From the NCBI GenBank assembly GCA_017395635.1, contig JAFQOE010000058.1:92202-156201 (forward strand): DNA of 64,000 bases, given 5' to 3'. The position numbers and the translations under genes are program-made. This DNA comes from Lachnospiraceae bacterium (lineage in GTDB: Bacteria > Bacillota > Clostridia > Lachnospirales > Lachnospiraceae). Under the pieces are notes generated by a model. The model was not told the DNA's origin. It searched no databases and was given only the letters and a program-made list of their open reading frames with translations. Positions 35,803 to 48,262 of this stretch are shown here, piece by piece (the stretch's first letter is position 1; each line of letters opens with the position of its first letter).

Positions 35803-37848
35803 GTGCAAAGGTTTAGGAAAGCGATAGTATTTATGGCGATTGCAGTAAGTGCAATTAGCAATGTGTCGATTCAGGCACAGGCAAAGCAGGTAGGAACCGT
35901 ATTTGGATATCCGATTTTTGATAACAAATTTGGTGAAATGGAGATTACAGATGGTGGAAGTAATACAGATATTATCAATAGAAAAGCAAGTTTTCAGTCG
36001 AAGTATGATCCACGTGAGCTAGGGTTGGTTACTGCGGTAGAAGCTCAGGGAGAAACCAACACCTGTTGGGCATTTGCAACAAATGCAGCAATAGAAGCCA
36101 ACTTATTAAAAAAAGGATATGAGAATAGTAGTGTGAATTTGTCGGAGAATCATTTGGCATATTTCTACTATAACAGAGAGACGGATCCGTTGGGTTATAC
36201 AAAAGGAGATCAGAATCTGATTCCTTCATTTACAAAATGGTCAATGAATGGTGGAACATTATATGGTACTGCGTTGGCGCTTTCCACCTGGGCAGGTGTT
36301 GTGAAGGATACTGTTCCGACATCAGAAGATGATGCGAAAGGTCAATATGTTCCATTTGATATTGTTGATAAGAGTACTTGTTATAAGAGTGATTATGTAG
36401 TGAAGAATGTATATATGTATGATTATAGTGTGAGTACGGTCAAGCAGGCGATTATGGATTATGGTGCTGTGGCTTGTGGAATCTACATAGATGAAAATAA
36501 TGCTTATTTTTCCTCTGATGAAAAGTCTTATTATTATCCAAAAGAAGGGGGAAACCATGCAGTAACTATTGTGGGATGGGATGATACTTATTCTCGTGAT
36601 AACTTTGATGGAGCTGCAAAACCAAGAGTAAACGGTGCATGGATTGTGAAAAATAGCTGGGGATCTAATGTTCATGATGGTGGGTATATGTATGTTTCTT
36701 ATGAAGATAAGAGTCTTTGTGAAATTGTTGCCTATGATATGATGTCGGCAAGCGAGCGTGATGACAATAATTATCAGCATGACGGAACAGCGAATCCGGC
36801 ATACTCTTATCCAGTAGAAAGGGGTTCTGTTATTGCTGCTAATGTCTTTAAGGCAAAAGGATCTTCGACCGGTTATAATGAGATTTTAGAGGCAGTTAGT
36901 GTATGTACATATACAACGAATGTCAATTACAGTTTGCAGATATATACAGGAGTGACAAGCTCTACCAACCCAACGAAGGGTAAGGCGATGTTTTCGAATC
37001 CGAAGAAGGGTATGTTGACTCATGCCGGTTACAATCGTATTGAGTTGAATACACCGGTGACATTGACGGCAGGTGAAAAATATGCAGTGGTGATTACGCT
37101 ATCTGCAGCCAATGGTGGAGAGGTAAGGTTAGGTTTTGAGGCAGATTATAGAAATTCCGCTTTTTCATTTTTGACAGGTGTAGGGGAAAGTGAGGGGTTC
37201 TTAAAAAGTGGAAATGATTGGCTTGATTGTAGTAAGGATTTATATGTGAGAGGAGATGATAATAGGGTGTCTCGACTTTCATGTAACCTTCGAATCAAGG
37301 CATACACAAGCAATACGGACCAGAAGACAAGTTACCAATTAAGCAGTAAGAATATGGGTATTTCAAAAGGAAGCTCTGCAAAGCTGTCTTTGAAAACTAC
37401 CCCATCCTCTGTAAAACGTAAAGTGACATGGTCTAGTTCGAATAAAAAGGTTGCTAAAGTTTCTTCCAGTGGTAAGGTGACCGGAAAAGGATATGGTAAA
37501 GCTACTATTAAAGCGAAATTTGTAGCAGGTGGCAGCACAAAGACTTTGAAGTGTACGGTGACGGTAGGACCATCTAAGATTAAGGATTTTAAGGCTCAGG
37601 GAGCAAAGAAAAAGATTAAGGTAACATGGAAGAAAAATGATGAAGCTTCCGGATATGAGGTTAGCTATTCAGAGAAAAAGGACGGCGAATATAAGAAACT
37701 TGCAACTATTAAGTCAGGGAGTACAACTAAGTGTTCAAAGAGTCTTAAAAAGGGTACATACTATATAAAGATGCGTCCATATATGACAAAGGACGGAAAG
37801 AAGTTGTATGGAAGTTATACTTCTCCAAAGAAAGTAACAGTGAAATAA
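35803..37848 (+). CDS. Secreted C1-family (papain-like) cysteine peptidase with C-terminal Big_2 and Fn3-like domains
   Basis: GTG 35803 after AAGGAAAGGAAGAG. Signal peptide. QGETNTCWAFAT (Cys), GGNHAVTIVGWDD (His), NGAWIVKNSWGS (Asn). KVTWSSSNKKVAKVSSSGKVTGKGYGKATI (Big_2). Confidence 0.85.
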   Translation: MQRFRKAIVFMAIAVSAISNVSIQAQAKQVGTVFGYPIFDNKFGEMEITDGGSNTDIINRKASFQSKYDPRELGLVTAVEAQGETNTCWAFATNAAIEANLLKKGYENSSVNLSENHLAYFYYNRETDPLGYTKGDQNLIPSFTKWSMNGGTLYGTALALSTWAGVVKDTVPTSEDDAKGQYVPFDIVDKSTCYKSDYVVKNVYMYDYSVSTVKQAIMDYGAVACGIYIDENNAYFSSDEKSYYYPKEGGNHAVTIVGWDDTYSRDNFDGAAKPRVNGAWIVKNSWGSNVHDGGYMYVSYEDKSLCEIVAYDMMSASERDDNNYQHDGTANPAYSYPVERGSVIAANVFKAKGSSTGYNEILEAVSVCTYTTNVNYSLQIYTGVTSSTNPTKGKAMFSNPKKGMLTHAGYNRIELNTPVTLTAGEKYAVVITLSAANGGEVRLGFEADYRNSAFSFLTGVGESEGFLKSGNDWLDCSKDLYVRGDDNRVSRLSCNLRIKAYTSNTDQKTSYQLSSKNMGISKGSSAKLSLKTTPSSVKRKVTWSSSNKKVAKVSSSGKVTGKGYGKATIKAKFVAGGSTKTLKCTVTVGPSKIKDFKAQGAKKKIKVTWKKNDEASGYEVSYSEKKDGEYKKLATIKSGSTTKCSKSLKKGTYYIKMRPYMTKDGKKLYGSYTSPKKVTVK

Positions 37849-37877
37849 ATGGAACAATGAATGATGAGGAATAGACG

Positions 37878-39029
37878 GTGAAACAATACAGTGAAAAAAA
37901 GATGAATAAAACTGTATATTGGGCAGAAAAGCCGGGTGACCAAGATACAAAGGTGATTCGCGTTGTAAAAGAACAGGAATCGGATAGTGAGATGCTATCC
38001 GTTTGCTTGCGTGAAGCGGCGAGATGTCTGAAACAGGGAGGACTTGTAGCATTTCCTACAGAAACCGTATACGGATTGGGAGCGGATGCATTAAATGAAA
38101 CCGCAGCTAAAAGAATATACGAGGCGAAGGGAAGACCGTCGGATAATCCATTAATTGTACACATTTCAGCGATAGAAGATATGGATAAGCTTGCCTATGT
38201 CAATGATATGGCAAAAGCATTAGCACAAGCTTTTTGGCCCGGACCACTTACTATTATTCTTCCAAAGAAAGAATGTGTTCCGGACGGAACAACAGGAGGT
38301 CTGGGTACAGTAGCAATACGCATGCCATCCCATCCTGCGGCATTGGAATTGATTCGACAATCCGGAGTGTATGTAGCGGCACCAAGTGCCAATACATCGG
38401 GCAGACCGTCTCCAACTAAGGCTTCTCATGTTGTGGAGGACATGAGAGGAAAGATAGAATATATTGTAGATGGCGGAGCAGTTGGGATTGGTATTGAATC
38501 TACCATTGTTGACGTGAGTGGTGAAAAGCCGATGATATTGCGTCCCGGATTTATCAGTAAACATATGCTGGAACAGATTATAGGGGATGTGGAGATAGAC
38601 CCGGCTTTATCAAAGCCGGTTGACGGAATGCGCCCGAAGGCACCGGGAATGAAGTATACGCACTATGCACCAAAGGGAGAAATGACCCTGGTGGAGGGTG
38701 ATGAGGGTGTTCGTGGCCAGGTGATTCAACAAATCAAAGAACTTGCCGCAGAAAAGCAACAGGAAGGTTTTCGGGTGGGAATTATGGCACCGAAAGAGAC
38801 GATTTCTTTTTACTATGGATGTGCGGATGCTGTGATTTGCGTAGGAGACCGTAATGGACAACAGACGGTGGCGGCAGGACTTTATGCGGCACTGAGGGAG
38901 TTTGATAATGCGGAAGTAGATTACATTTATGCGGAAAGTTTTCGTGGAGAAGAGTTGTCGGATGCGATTATGAATCGCTTGTTGAAGGCAGCGGGACACA
39001 GAGTCATTTGTGTAGAGAGAGGAGAATAA
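37878..39029 (+). CDS. tsaC: L-threonylcarbamoyladenylate synthase (Sua5/YwlC type)
   Basis: GGLVAFPTETVYGLGADA, KGRPSDNPLIVH, APSANTSGRPSPT, plus a C-terminal Sua5 domain. The start (GTG 37878 or ATG 37902) is uncertain. Confidence 0.85.
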   Translation: MKQYSEKKMNKTVYWAEKPGDQDTKVIRVVKEQESDSEMLSVCLREAARCLKQGGLVAFPTETVYGLGADALNETAAKRIYEAKGRPSDNPLIVHISAIEDMDKLAYVNDMAKALAQAFWPGPLTIILPKKECVPDGTTGGLGTVAIRMPSHPAALELIRQSGVYVAAPSANTSGRPSPTKASHVVEDMRGKIEYIVDGGAVGIGIESTIVDVSGEKPMILRPGFISKHMLEQIIGDVEIDPALSKPVDGMRPKAPGMKYTHYAPKGEMTLVEGDEGVRGQVIQQIKELAAEKQQEGFRVGIMAPKETISFYYGCADAVICVGDRNGQQTVAAGLYAALREFDNAEVDYIYAESFRGEELSDAIMNRLLKAAGHRVICVERGE

Positions 39030-39030
39030 T

Positions 39031-39459
39031 ATGATAGCATTAGGATGTGACCATGGCGGATATGCCATGATGCAGGAAGTAAAGAAACATTTGGAAGAGC
39101 GAGGGATGGAATACAAAGATTTTGGATGTTATTCGGAAGAATCAGTTGACTATCCTGTGTATGCAAAAAAGGCGGCAGAGGCAGTCGCAGGTGGAGAGTG
39201 TGAGTTGGGAATTCTAATTTGTGGAACCGGAATTGGAATTTCAATTGCGGCGAACAAGGTAAAGGGAATTCGTGCAGCACTTTGTCATGACTGTTTTAGT
39301 GCGGCGGCAACGAAAGAGCATAATAATGCTAACATGTTGGCTATGGGAGCACGAGTGATTGGACCGGGATTGGCACTTCAAATTGTAGATACGTTTTTGG
39401 ATACTCCGTTTTCGAATGATGAGCGACATATCAGACGTATTAATATGATTGAGGCTTAG
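39031..39459 (+). CDS. rpiB: Ribose-5-phosphate isomerase B
   Basis: MIALGCDHGGY..., ICGTGIGISIAANK, NMLAMGARV. Confidence 0.9.
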   Translation: MIALGCDHGGYAMMQEVKKHLEERGMEYKDFGCYSEESVDYPVYAKKAAEAVAGGECELGILICGTGIGISIAANKVKGIRAALCHDCFSAAATKEHNNANMLAMGARVIGPGLALQIVDTFLDTPFSNDERHIRRINMIEA

Positions 39460-39571
39460 TAAATAGGGCTGTCAGTTTCTGGCAGCTTTTTATTGCTTAT
39501 AGGAAATTTCATTGAAATTGTCCTATAAAGCAATAATGCTCCGCAAGGATGCGCAGCTCGCGGAAAAGAAA

Positions 39572-39621
39572 TATGTCCTTAGGACACCGCTCGCGCGCGA
39601 AGAGTTTGCAAGCAAACTCTT
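39572..39621 (+). repeat. Hairpin repeat family R2, copy A
   Basis: TATGTCCTTAGGACACCGCTCGCGCGCGAAGAGTTTGCAAGCAAACTCT. Inverted relative at 54139-54188. Confidence 0.7.
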
Positions 39622-39639
39622 TTTTATGGGGAAAGGATG

Positions 39640-39666
39640 GTAACTGTGAAGGTACAGAACGGTTAC
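39640..39666 (+). repeat. GTAACTGTGAAGGTACAG..GTTAC hairpin (GTAACTGT motif family)
   Basis: Shares GTAACTGTGAA...GG(T/A)ACAG...TTACAAA(A)GGT with the copy at 376-402. Ends 13 nt before the atpZ ATG. Confidence 0.55.
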
Positions 39667-39679
39667 AAAAGGTGTTATT

Positions 39680-39916
39680 ATGAAAATGTTGGCATTAGTG
39701 AGTCAGCTTGCAATTTCCATGCTGACAGCGATTTTGATATGTGGAGGAATTGGTTATGCAATTGATGCGTATTTTCATACCAATTCATTCATTTTCTTTC
39801 TGATACTGGGTGTCGCCGGAGGGTATAAGACTTGTTACAATGTGATTTGCAAGTTCCTTGGGAAGAAGAGTCTTTTTGATAATGGTAATGATGAACAGAA
39901 AGAGAAAGACAAATAA
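39680..39916 (+). CDS. atpZ: AtpZ/AtpI-family small membrane protein
   Basis: Two TM helices (LAISMLTAILICGGIGYAID, FIFFLILGVAGGY). First gene of the atp operon. Confidence 0.7.
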   Translation: MKMLALVSQLAISMLTAILICGGIGYAIDAYFHTNSFIFFLILGVAGGYKTCYNVICKFLGKKSLFDNGNDEQKEKDK

Positions 39917-40209
39917 ACAATTCATTATGTTGTTTGCATAAAAAATAGTCTGTTTTCATGGACTTTTTAGGGAAAACTTAGTATAATTAGTATACTGTGT
40001 TTTCCTGTTTTGCTTTATGAAGGAATTTCAATGGAATGATTATCTTAATATTTTGTAATTGTGAATATGGTAGTCATGAAATTCTTTTGAAAAATAGGAG
40101 TATAATATAACGAGGATGGAGAATATATTGTAAGAACGTAACTATGAAGGTGTTGAATAGTTATGAAAGAACTTCGTTTGAGTATATTCATTGACAGAGG
40201 TGCAAGAAT

Positions 40210-40659
40210 ATGAATCAAGTAAAAGAAACCATGATTGGTTTCTATATAAGTATTGGAATTTATGCAGTGATAATTGAAGTAATAGGGATTTTCTTTTCTG
40301 AGGATATTCTATCTTATACGTTAGGTTTACTCTTTGGCGTAATCATTGCCGTTTTTCTCTTTGGTCATATGGCAAAGACGTTAGATCATGCTCTGGATTT
40401 GCAGGAAAATGATGCAACCAAGTATGTGAGATTGCGAAGTTTTTTGCGATTGGTTGTTATGATGGCAGCGTTAGCCATTGGACTGATGACAGAGAGATTA
40501 TTGTTTATAACAGTTCTGCTTGGCTTACTTGGTTTGAAGATAGGAGCACTTTTTACACCATTTATATTGAGACGTTTATATCCGGATAGTTATATTACGA
40601 AGGAAGAAGATTTGACAGAAGATAGTTTGGAAGAGAATGTCGAATTGGATGCTGTTTAA
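40210..40659 (+). CDS. atpI: ATP synthase protein I
   Basis: Four hydrophobic helices. Position upstream of atpB. Confidence 0.65.
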   Translation: MNQVKETMIGFYISIGIYAVIIEVIGIFFSEDILSYTLGLLFGVIIAVFLFGHMAKTLDHALDLQENDATKYVRLRSFLRLVVMMAALAIGLMTERLLFITVLLGLLGLKIGALFTPFILRRLYPDSYITKEEDLTEDSLEENVELDAV

Positions 40660-40780
40660 TAAGCAATTTGGTTACAAAAGAAACTTTATTTATCAACAGA
40701 GAATCAAGTGGCTGATTTTCGGACATTTGATTCCCTGTTGATGAATTTAGATATAAAATTACAGAAAGGAAGGTGAAGGA

Positions 40781-41509
40781 ATGGGTTATGGAATGATGCC
40801 GATGCTTTTGGCCGCGGAAGAAGAAGTCGATTTTTCGATTCATCATCTGATAGGATACGAGTTTATGGGTACTACCGTATATCTTACGACATCCCATGTG
40901 TGTATGCTGATTATCTTTGCAACGATTATGATATTTGCACTAGTTGCCAGAAAGAAGATCAATCAGGCAGAGGAAGTGCCAAGTGGGCTTCAGAATGTTG
41001 TGGAGTTCGTAGTGGAAGTTCTTGAGAGCTTTGTGAATTCCGCTATGGGTGCTCATGGTAGGAAGTATATGTATTATGTTGGTACGCTATTTATATTTGT
41101 ACTCTTTTCAAATATTTCCGGTTTGTTTGGGTTGCGACCGCCAACTGCCGATTTTGGAACCACTTTTTGCCTGGCACTGATTACATGGTTTATGATTCAG
41201 TATAACAATCTAAAGTATAACAAATTAGGTGCCATAACAGGGTTGTTCCAACCATTACCGTTTTTGTTTCCAATTAACTTAATCGGTGAGTTTGCAACAC
41301 CAATTTCCATGTCATTGCGTTTGTTTGGTAATGTTATGGCAGGAACGGTTATGTTGTCACTATTTTACGGATTGATGCCGATGTTAGCAAAGATTGGTAT
41401 TCCGGCATTTTTGCATGCATATCTGGACTTGTTTTCAGGAGCAATTCAGGCATACGTTTTTGCTATGTTAACGATGACATTTATCAAGGACAAGATAGGC
41501 GACAATTAA
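40781..41509 (+). CDS. atpB: F0F1 ATP synthase subunit a
   Basis: PISMSLRLFGNVMAG (conserved Arg motif). Polytopic. Confidence 0.95.
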   Translation: MGYGMMPMLLAAEEEVDFSIHHLIGYEFMGTTVYLTTSHVCMLIIFATIMIFALVARKKINQAEEVPSGLQNVVEFVVEVLESFVNSAMGAHGRKYMYYVGTLFIFVLFSNISGLFGLRPPTADFGTTFCLALITWFMIQYNNLKYNKLGAITGLFQPLPFLFPINLIGEFATPISMSLRLFGNVMAGTVMLSLFYGLMPMLAKIGIPAFLHAYLDLFSGAIQAYVFAMLTMTFIKDKIGDN

Positions 41510-41593
41510 AGATTTGTCAAAGGTATGACAGTAATAGAAAGCAGAAAGCTTTCTTTATCAATAGAAACAGAAGTTTCTTAAAGGAAAATATAA

Positions 41594-41893
<300 letters not shown>

Positions 41894-41919
41894 TTTAACG
41901 AAAGGAGGATTACCTCTTG

Positions 41920-42486
41920 ATGAATATAGTATCAGGACTTGGGATTTCGCAGACCATGTTGCTGACGGAAGGACATATTTTTGATTTGACTCCACAGTTA
42001 GTGAGTGATCTGATTATTCAGGGAATCGCAATATTTATCCTCTTCTTCTTCCTATCCAGTGTGTTGTTTGAACCGGTACAAAAGGTTCTTAATAATCGTA
42101 GAGAGAAAATCAAACAGGACATTGAATCTGCGACAAAGGACAAAGAGGACGCAGCAACACTGAAGGCTGAATACGATGAGAAGCTTAAGTCCATTGACAA
42201 AGAAAGAGAAGAGATTTTGGCTAAGGCTCGTAAGACAGCACAAAAGAAAGAAGCTGAAATTATAGAAGAGGCTCAGGCAGAAGCAACCAGAATTATGAAT
42301 CGCGCAAAGCAGGAAATCGAATTAGAAAAAGCTAAGGTTTCCGATGATATGCGCAAAGAAATCGTTCGTGTGGCAACTGCAATGGCTGCAAAGATTATTG
42401 AGCAGCAGATTGATGAAAGCAAGCAGGATGCTTTAATAGAGGACACTTTGAAAGAAATGGGTGGTAGTACATGGCTAAGCAAGTAA
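41920..42486 (+). CDS. atpF: F0F1 ATP synthase subunit b
   Basis: N-terminal TM segment followed by a long charged helix. ATG 41920 after AAAGGAGGA. Confidence 0.9.
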   Translation: MNIVSGLGISQTMLLTEGHIFDLTPQLVSDLIIQGIAIFILFFFLSSVLFEPVQKVLNNRREKIKQDIESATKDKEDAATLKAEYDEKLKSIDKEREEILAKARKTAQKKEAEIIEEAQAEATRIMNRAKQEIELEKAKVSDDMRKEIVRVATAMAAKIIEQQIDESKQDALIEDTLKEMGGSTWLSK

Positions 42487-43004
42487 GTAAAACTTACGGA
42501 AGTGCACTTTTTGAAGTGGCTATGGAAAGTAATGCACTAGACACCACATTAGAAGAGGTACTTTTGGTAAAGCAGACGTTTCTTGAAAACGAAGATTTAA
42601 CCAAGCTTTTGCTTCATCCGAATATCGAGAAGGAAGAGAAGATTAAAGTTCTCGAGAACATATACAAAGGGAAGATTTCTGATGAGCTTACCGGTTTGAT
42701 GGTTATGTTGATTACAAAGGGTCATCAGAAAGAGTTTTTATCGGTTTTTGATTATGTGATTTCTGCAATCAAGGAAGAAAAAGGTATCGGTGTTGCATAC
42801 ATTTCTTCTGCAGTTGAGCTTTCAAAGGAACAGAAAAATCGAATTGAGCAGAAGCTTTTAGAGACAACAAAGTATCAGACAATCGAAGGTGTATATCAGG
42901 TAGATAAAGATTTGATTGGCGGATTGGTGATTCGCATTTCGGATACGGTTGTAGACAGCAGTTTGAAAACGCAGATTGCGAATTTGTCAAAATCCTTGTT
43001 ATAG
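42471..43004 (+). CDS. atpH: F0F1 ATP synthase subunit delta
   Basis: YGSALFEVA..., ...GGLVIRISDTVVDSSLK. Overlaps the atpF end. Confidence 0.9.
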   Translation: MAKQVSKTYGSALFEVAMESNALDTTLEEVLLVKQTFLENEDLTKLLLHPNIEKEEKIKVLENIYKGKISDELTGLMVMLITKGHQKEFLSVFDYVISAIKEEKGIGVAYISSAVELSKEQKNRIEQKLLETTKYQTIEGVYQVDKDLIGGLVIRISDTVVDSSLKTQIANLSKSLL

Positions 43005-43066
43005 GCAAGGTCAACTTTGTGGAAATGAAGTTGTAACATTTATTAGAGAGAAGGTGCTAATTTTCT

Positions 43067-44581
43067 ATGAATTTAAGACCAGAAGAGATTAGTTCGGTTA
43101 TTAAAGAGCAGATTAAGAATTATTCTAAGGAATTAGAGACCTCTGAAGTTGGTACAGTTATTCAGGTGGCAGACGGTATTGCCCGTGTTCACGGATTGGA
43201 AAAGGCAATGCAGGGAGAGCTTCTTGAGTTTCCGGGCGATGTGTACGGAATGGTAATGAACCTGGAAGAAGATAACGTTGGTGCCGTTTTGTTAAGCGGT
43301 AACAAGAATATCAACGAAGGAGATACCGTTAAGACCACAGGTCGTGTGGTTGAGGTTCCGGTTGGCGACGGAATGTTAGGTCGTGTTGTGAATGCATTAG
43401 GTCAGCCAATTGATGGAAAGGGACCAATTCAGTCGAATAAGACAAGACCAATTGAGAGAGTTGCTTCCGGTGTTATTTCCCGTAAGTCGGTAGATACACC
43501 ATTGCAGACAGGTATCAAAGCGATTGATGCCATGGTTCCAATTGGTAGAGGACAAAGAGAGTTGATTATCGGTGACCGTCAGACAGGTAAGACAGCCATC
43601 GCAATCGATACAATTATTAATCAGAAGGGACAGGATGTGTATTGTATCTATGTTGCAATCGGACAGAAAGCTTCTACTGTTGCTAACATTGTGAAGTCTT
43701 TGACCGAATACGGTGCAATGGATTATACAACCGTTGTTGCATCCACTGCTTCTGAGATGGCTCCACTTCAGTATATTGCACCATATGCAGGTTGTGCGAT
43801 TGGTGAGGAATGGATGGAAAATGGAAAGGACGTATTGGTTATCTACGATGACTTAAGTAAGCATGCGACTGCTTATCGTACACTTTCCTTATTGCTTCGT
43901 AGACCACCTGGACGTGAGGCATATCCTGGAGATGTATTCTACTTACATTCCAGATTGTTAGAGCGTGCAGCTAAGTTAAATGATGAATTAGGCGGAGGTT
44001 CTTTAACAGCACTTCCAATTATTGAGACACAGGCAGGTGACGTATCTGCTTACATTCCAACCAATGTTATTTCCATTACAGATGGACAGATTTACTTAGA
44101 GACAGAGATGTTCAATGCAGGTTTCCGTCCTGCGGTTAATGCAGGTCTTTCTGTATCCCGAGTTGGTGGTGCGGCACAGATTGGTGCTATGAAGAAGATT
44201 GCGTCTCCGATTCGTACAGAGCTTGCACAGTATCGTGAGCTTGCAGCGTTCTCTCAGTTTGGTTCTGAGTTAGATGCAGATACAAAAGAGCGTTTGGCAC
44301 AGGGTGAGAGAATTAAGGAAATGTTAAAACAGCCTCAGTATAAGCCGATGCCGGTTGAGAAACAGGTTGTTATCATTTATGCGGCAACGAAGCGTTATTT
44401 ATTGGATATTCCGGTGAATGAGATTCTTGATTTTGAAGCAGGTTTATTTGAGTTCGTGGATACACAATATCCGGAAATCTTTAGCCAGATTCGTGAGAAT
44501 AAGAAATTGACAGAGGACGTTGAGAAGTTGTTAAACGAGGCAATCACCGCTTACAAGAGTCAGCGTGAGGTAGAGAAATAA
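43067..44581 (+). CDS. atpA: F0F1 ATP synthase subunit alpha
   Basis: GDRQTGKT Walker [31 protein letters not shown]. Confidence 0.98.
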   Translation: MNLRPEEISSVIKEQIKNYSKELETSEVGTVIQVADGIARVHGLEKAMQGELLEFPGDVYGMVMNLEEDNVGAVLLSGNKNINEGDTVKTTGRVVEVPVGDGMLGRVVNALGQPIDGKGPIQSNKTRPIERVASGVISRKSVDTPLQTGIKAIDAMVPIGRGQRELIIGDRQTGKTAIAIDTIINQKGQDVYCIYVAIGQKASTVANIVKSLTEYGAMDYTTVVASTASEMAPLQYIAPYAGCAIGEEWMENGKDVLVIYDDLSKHATAYRTLSLLLRRPPGREAYPGDVFYLHSRLLERAAKLNDELGGGSLTALPIIETQAGDVSAYIPTNVISITDGQIYLETEMFNAGFRPAVNAGLSVSRVGGAAQIGAMKKIASPIRTELAQYRELAAFSQFGSELDADTKERLAQGERIKEMLKQPQYKPMPVEKQVVIIYAATKRYLLDIPVNEILDFEAGLFEFVDTQYPEIFSQIRENKKLTEDVEKLLNEAITAYKSQREVEK

Positions 44582-44617
44582 GAGTTTACGCGAAATAAAA
44601 GAAAGAGGTGAAATGTC

Positions 44618-45475
44618 TTGGCATCAATGAGAGATATAAAGAGGAGAAAAGAGAGTGTCGCAAGTACCGGTCAGATAACCAAAGCGATGAAGCTCGTTTC
44701 TACCGTTAAGCTTCAGAAAGCGAAAGCCAGGGCAGAGGGTAATAAGCCATATTTCACAATGTTGTATGATACCATTTGTTCTATCTTAGGAAGAACAGGA
44801 ACGATTGATCACAGATATCTGAAGGAGAATGATTCTTCCAAGAAAGCAATTATTGCAATTACTTCTAACAGAGGTCTTGCAGGTGGTTATAACAACAATA
44901 TTGTAAAAGAAATTGTGGCTGCATTTACTCCGGACGAAGCAGACATCTATGCGGTGGGTAAGAAAGGTATGGAAGGATTGCTTCGAAAAGGATTCAATAT
45001 CGTTGAGGACTATTCCGAGGTAATGAATGACCCGTTGTACGCAGATGCAATTCACATTGGTAAGAATGTTCTTGCTTCCTATGAGAATGGAGAAGTGGGA
45101 GAGATTTACCTTGCATATACAAGTTTTAAGAACACAGTGGTTCAGGAACCTAAGCTTATCAAGCTTTTGCCACTCAATGTAGACGAGATTATGCAGGATA
45201 TGGAAATCGATGTCTTGACACCAATGAATTATGAGCCGGAAGCAGAAGAAGCTTTGGATATGATTATTCCAAAATATATGAACAATATTATATTCGGTGC
45301 ATTTGTGGAAGCTGTTGCCAGTGAAAATGGTGCCCGTATGCAAGCAATGGATTCGGCAACTAAGAATGCAGAAGATATGATTGCAGATTTGTCTTTGAAA
45401 TATAACCGTGCCCGTCAGGGAGCTATTACACAGGAGCTTACTGAGATTATTGCAGGTGCGGATGCTATTTCGTAG
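44618..45475 (+). CDS. atpG: F0F1 ATP synthase subunit gamma
   Basis: MASMRDIKRR...TGQITKAMKLVS...ITQELTEIIAGA. TTG start. Confidence 0.95.
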   Translation: MASMRDIKRRKESVASTGQITKAMKLVSTVKLQKAKARAEGNKPYFTMLYDTICSILGRTGTIDHRYLKENDSSKKAIIAITSNRGLAGGYNNNIVKEIVAAFTPDEADIYAVGKKGMEGLLRKGFNIVEDYSEVMNDPLYADAIHIGKNVLASYENGEVGEIYLAYTSFKNTVVQEPKLIKLLPLNVDEIMQDMEIDVLTPMNYEPEAEEALDMIIPKYMNNIIFGAFVEAVASENGARMQAMDSATKNAEDMIADLSLKYNRARQGAITQELTEIIAGADAIS

Positions 45476-45598
45476 GTTTCGTAGTAAGTGTGAAACGTGG
45501 AGGTTGTGGAGATTTCACGCCATGGTTTGGAAGAACGCAATGCACATCAGCATGCAATCAGACACAACACAAAGATATGGAACAAAAAAGAAAAGTAA

Positions 45599-47008
<1,410 letters not shown>

Positions 47009-47023
47009 TGAAGGGGAATACGT

Positions 47024-47419
47024 ATGGCAGATAATATGAAATTAAAAGTCGTAGCTCCGGAGCGTATATTTTATGAAGGAGAAGCCTCATTTTTGGAATT
47101 CACTACAACGGAGGGAGATATGGGAATCTATCCGAATCACATTCCGTTGACAGCAATTATTGCACCTGGTGTTCTTCGAATTCATGAGAATGGACAGGTA
47201 AAGGAAGCAGCATTGCTTTCGGGATTTATCCAGATTTTACAAGAAGAAGTTACCATTTTAGCGGAGAGTGTGGAATGGCCGGATGAAATTGATGCCAACC
47301 GTGCAAAAGAAGCTGAAATTCGTGCAAAAAGAAGAATAGAGGAAGGCTCCGGTGTGGATATGAACCGTGCGGAGTTAGCACTGAAACGAGCTTTGATTCG
47401 TCAAAGTTTGACAAGATAG
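47024..47419 (+). CDS. atpC: F0F1 ATP synthase subunit epsilon
   Basis: LKVVAPERIFYEGEA...GDMGIYPNHIPL. Confidence 0.95.
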   Translation: MADNMKLKVVAPERIFYEGEASFLEFTTTEGDMGIYPNHIPLTAIIAPGVLRIHENGQVKEAALLSGFIQILQEEVTILAESVEWPDEIDANRAKEAEIRAKRRIEEGSGVDMNRAELALKRALIRQSLTR

Positions 47420-47468
47420 AATTGAAGAGTTGCATTGCAACGAAGAGATTCGTGATATTATAATAGAT

Positions 47469-47510
47469 AACAAGCTCCTAGTTTGGATGTTTTCAAACTG
47501 GGAGCTTGTT
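47469..47510 (+). terminator. atp operon terminator hairpin
   Basis: AACAAGCTCCTAGTTTG ... CAAACTGGGAGCTTGTT long stem. Confidence 0.7.
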
Positions 47511-47528
47511 TCCGTATAAAGATTTGCA

Positions 47529-47589
47529 AGATGGTAGTCAGTCTAGAAGAATAAATATACAAAGAAGTGGTTTTGGGATATAATAATGG
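47529..47589 (+). repeat. ~60-nt promoter-like module, copy A (direct repeat)
   Basis: AGATGGTAGTCAGTCTAGAAGAATAAATATACAAAGAAGTGGTTTTGGGATATAATAATGG contains TATACA-N17-TATAAT. Copy B lies at 48912-48972. Confidence 0.75.
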
Positions 47590-47804
47590 TTTTTATAATG
47601 TAACAACTGAAAATAGATTATTTTGTACGGAAATTATCCTGCCGGATGTAATATCTAATGAGTAGAAATTTGACGAACGGTAGTAAATTCGTGACGAGTG
47701 GTATTGCGATATTTTTGATGAAAATGATAGTATCACCATAGCTAGCTAATTAGAAAGTTAAGGAGGATAAAGTAATATTTTTGAAAATATCGGGAGGATG
47801 AGTA

Positions 47805-48254
47805 GTGTATAATTTTAAGAAATTGTATAGATGTTTGAGTATTGCGTTAGTTTTTAGCTTGATTTTATCAAATTGTTTACAGGTATCGGCGGCGCAAATG
47901 ATAAAGAGAGAGAAGTTAAAGAAAAGTGTGTTGATAGAGAATAATAATAGTGATAAAGTAATAAATGACAGTATTGTTATAGAAAATAATAGCACACTAA
48001 CAAGAAGAGGAAATGCGGTAGCATTGTATTTTGTACCGGGGCTTGGACAGGTATTGATTACAGCAACAGGGGTAGTCATAGTGGCTGGAATTGTGGTTGA
48101 AGTTGGTAGTTGGGCATATAAACAAGCAATTAAATATTATAGTGAACATACTAAAAATAAAAGAAAAAGCACACATGATAAACATACAAAACCAAGACCA
48201 GGACGAGATAGTGAAAAAAAGAAAAATAAAAATGGATGGCAAAAAAGAAAGTAG
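47805..48254 (+). CDS. Small secreted/membrane protein with a Lys/His-rich basic tail (149 aa); possible toxin-like effector
   Basis: GTG start after GGGAGGATGAG. Signal peptide ...LQVSAA. Hydrophobic segment ALYFVPGLGQVLITATGVVIVAGIVVEVG. Tail EHTKNKRKSTHDKHTKPRPGRDSEKKKNKNGWQKRK. Confidence 0.55.
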   Translation: MYNFKKLYRCLSIALVFSLILSNCLQVSAAQMIKREKLKKSVLIENNNSDKVINDSIVIENNSTLTRRGNAVALYFVPGLGQVLITATGVVIVAGIVVEVGSWAYKQAIKYYSEHTKNKRKSTHDKHTKPRPGRDSEKKKNKNGWQKRK

Positions 48255-48262
48255 GTGCATAT

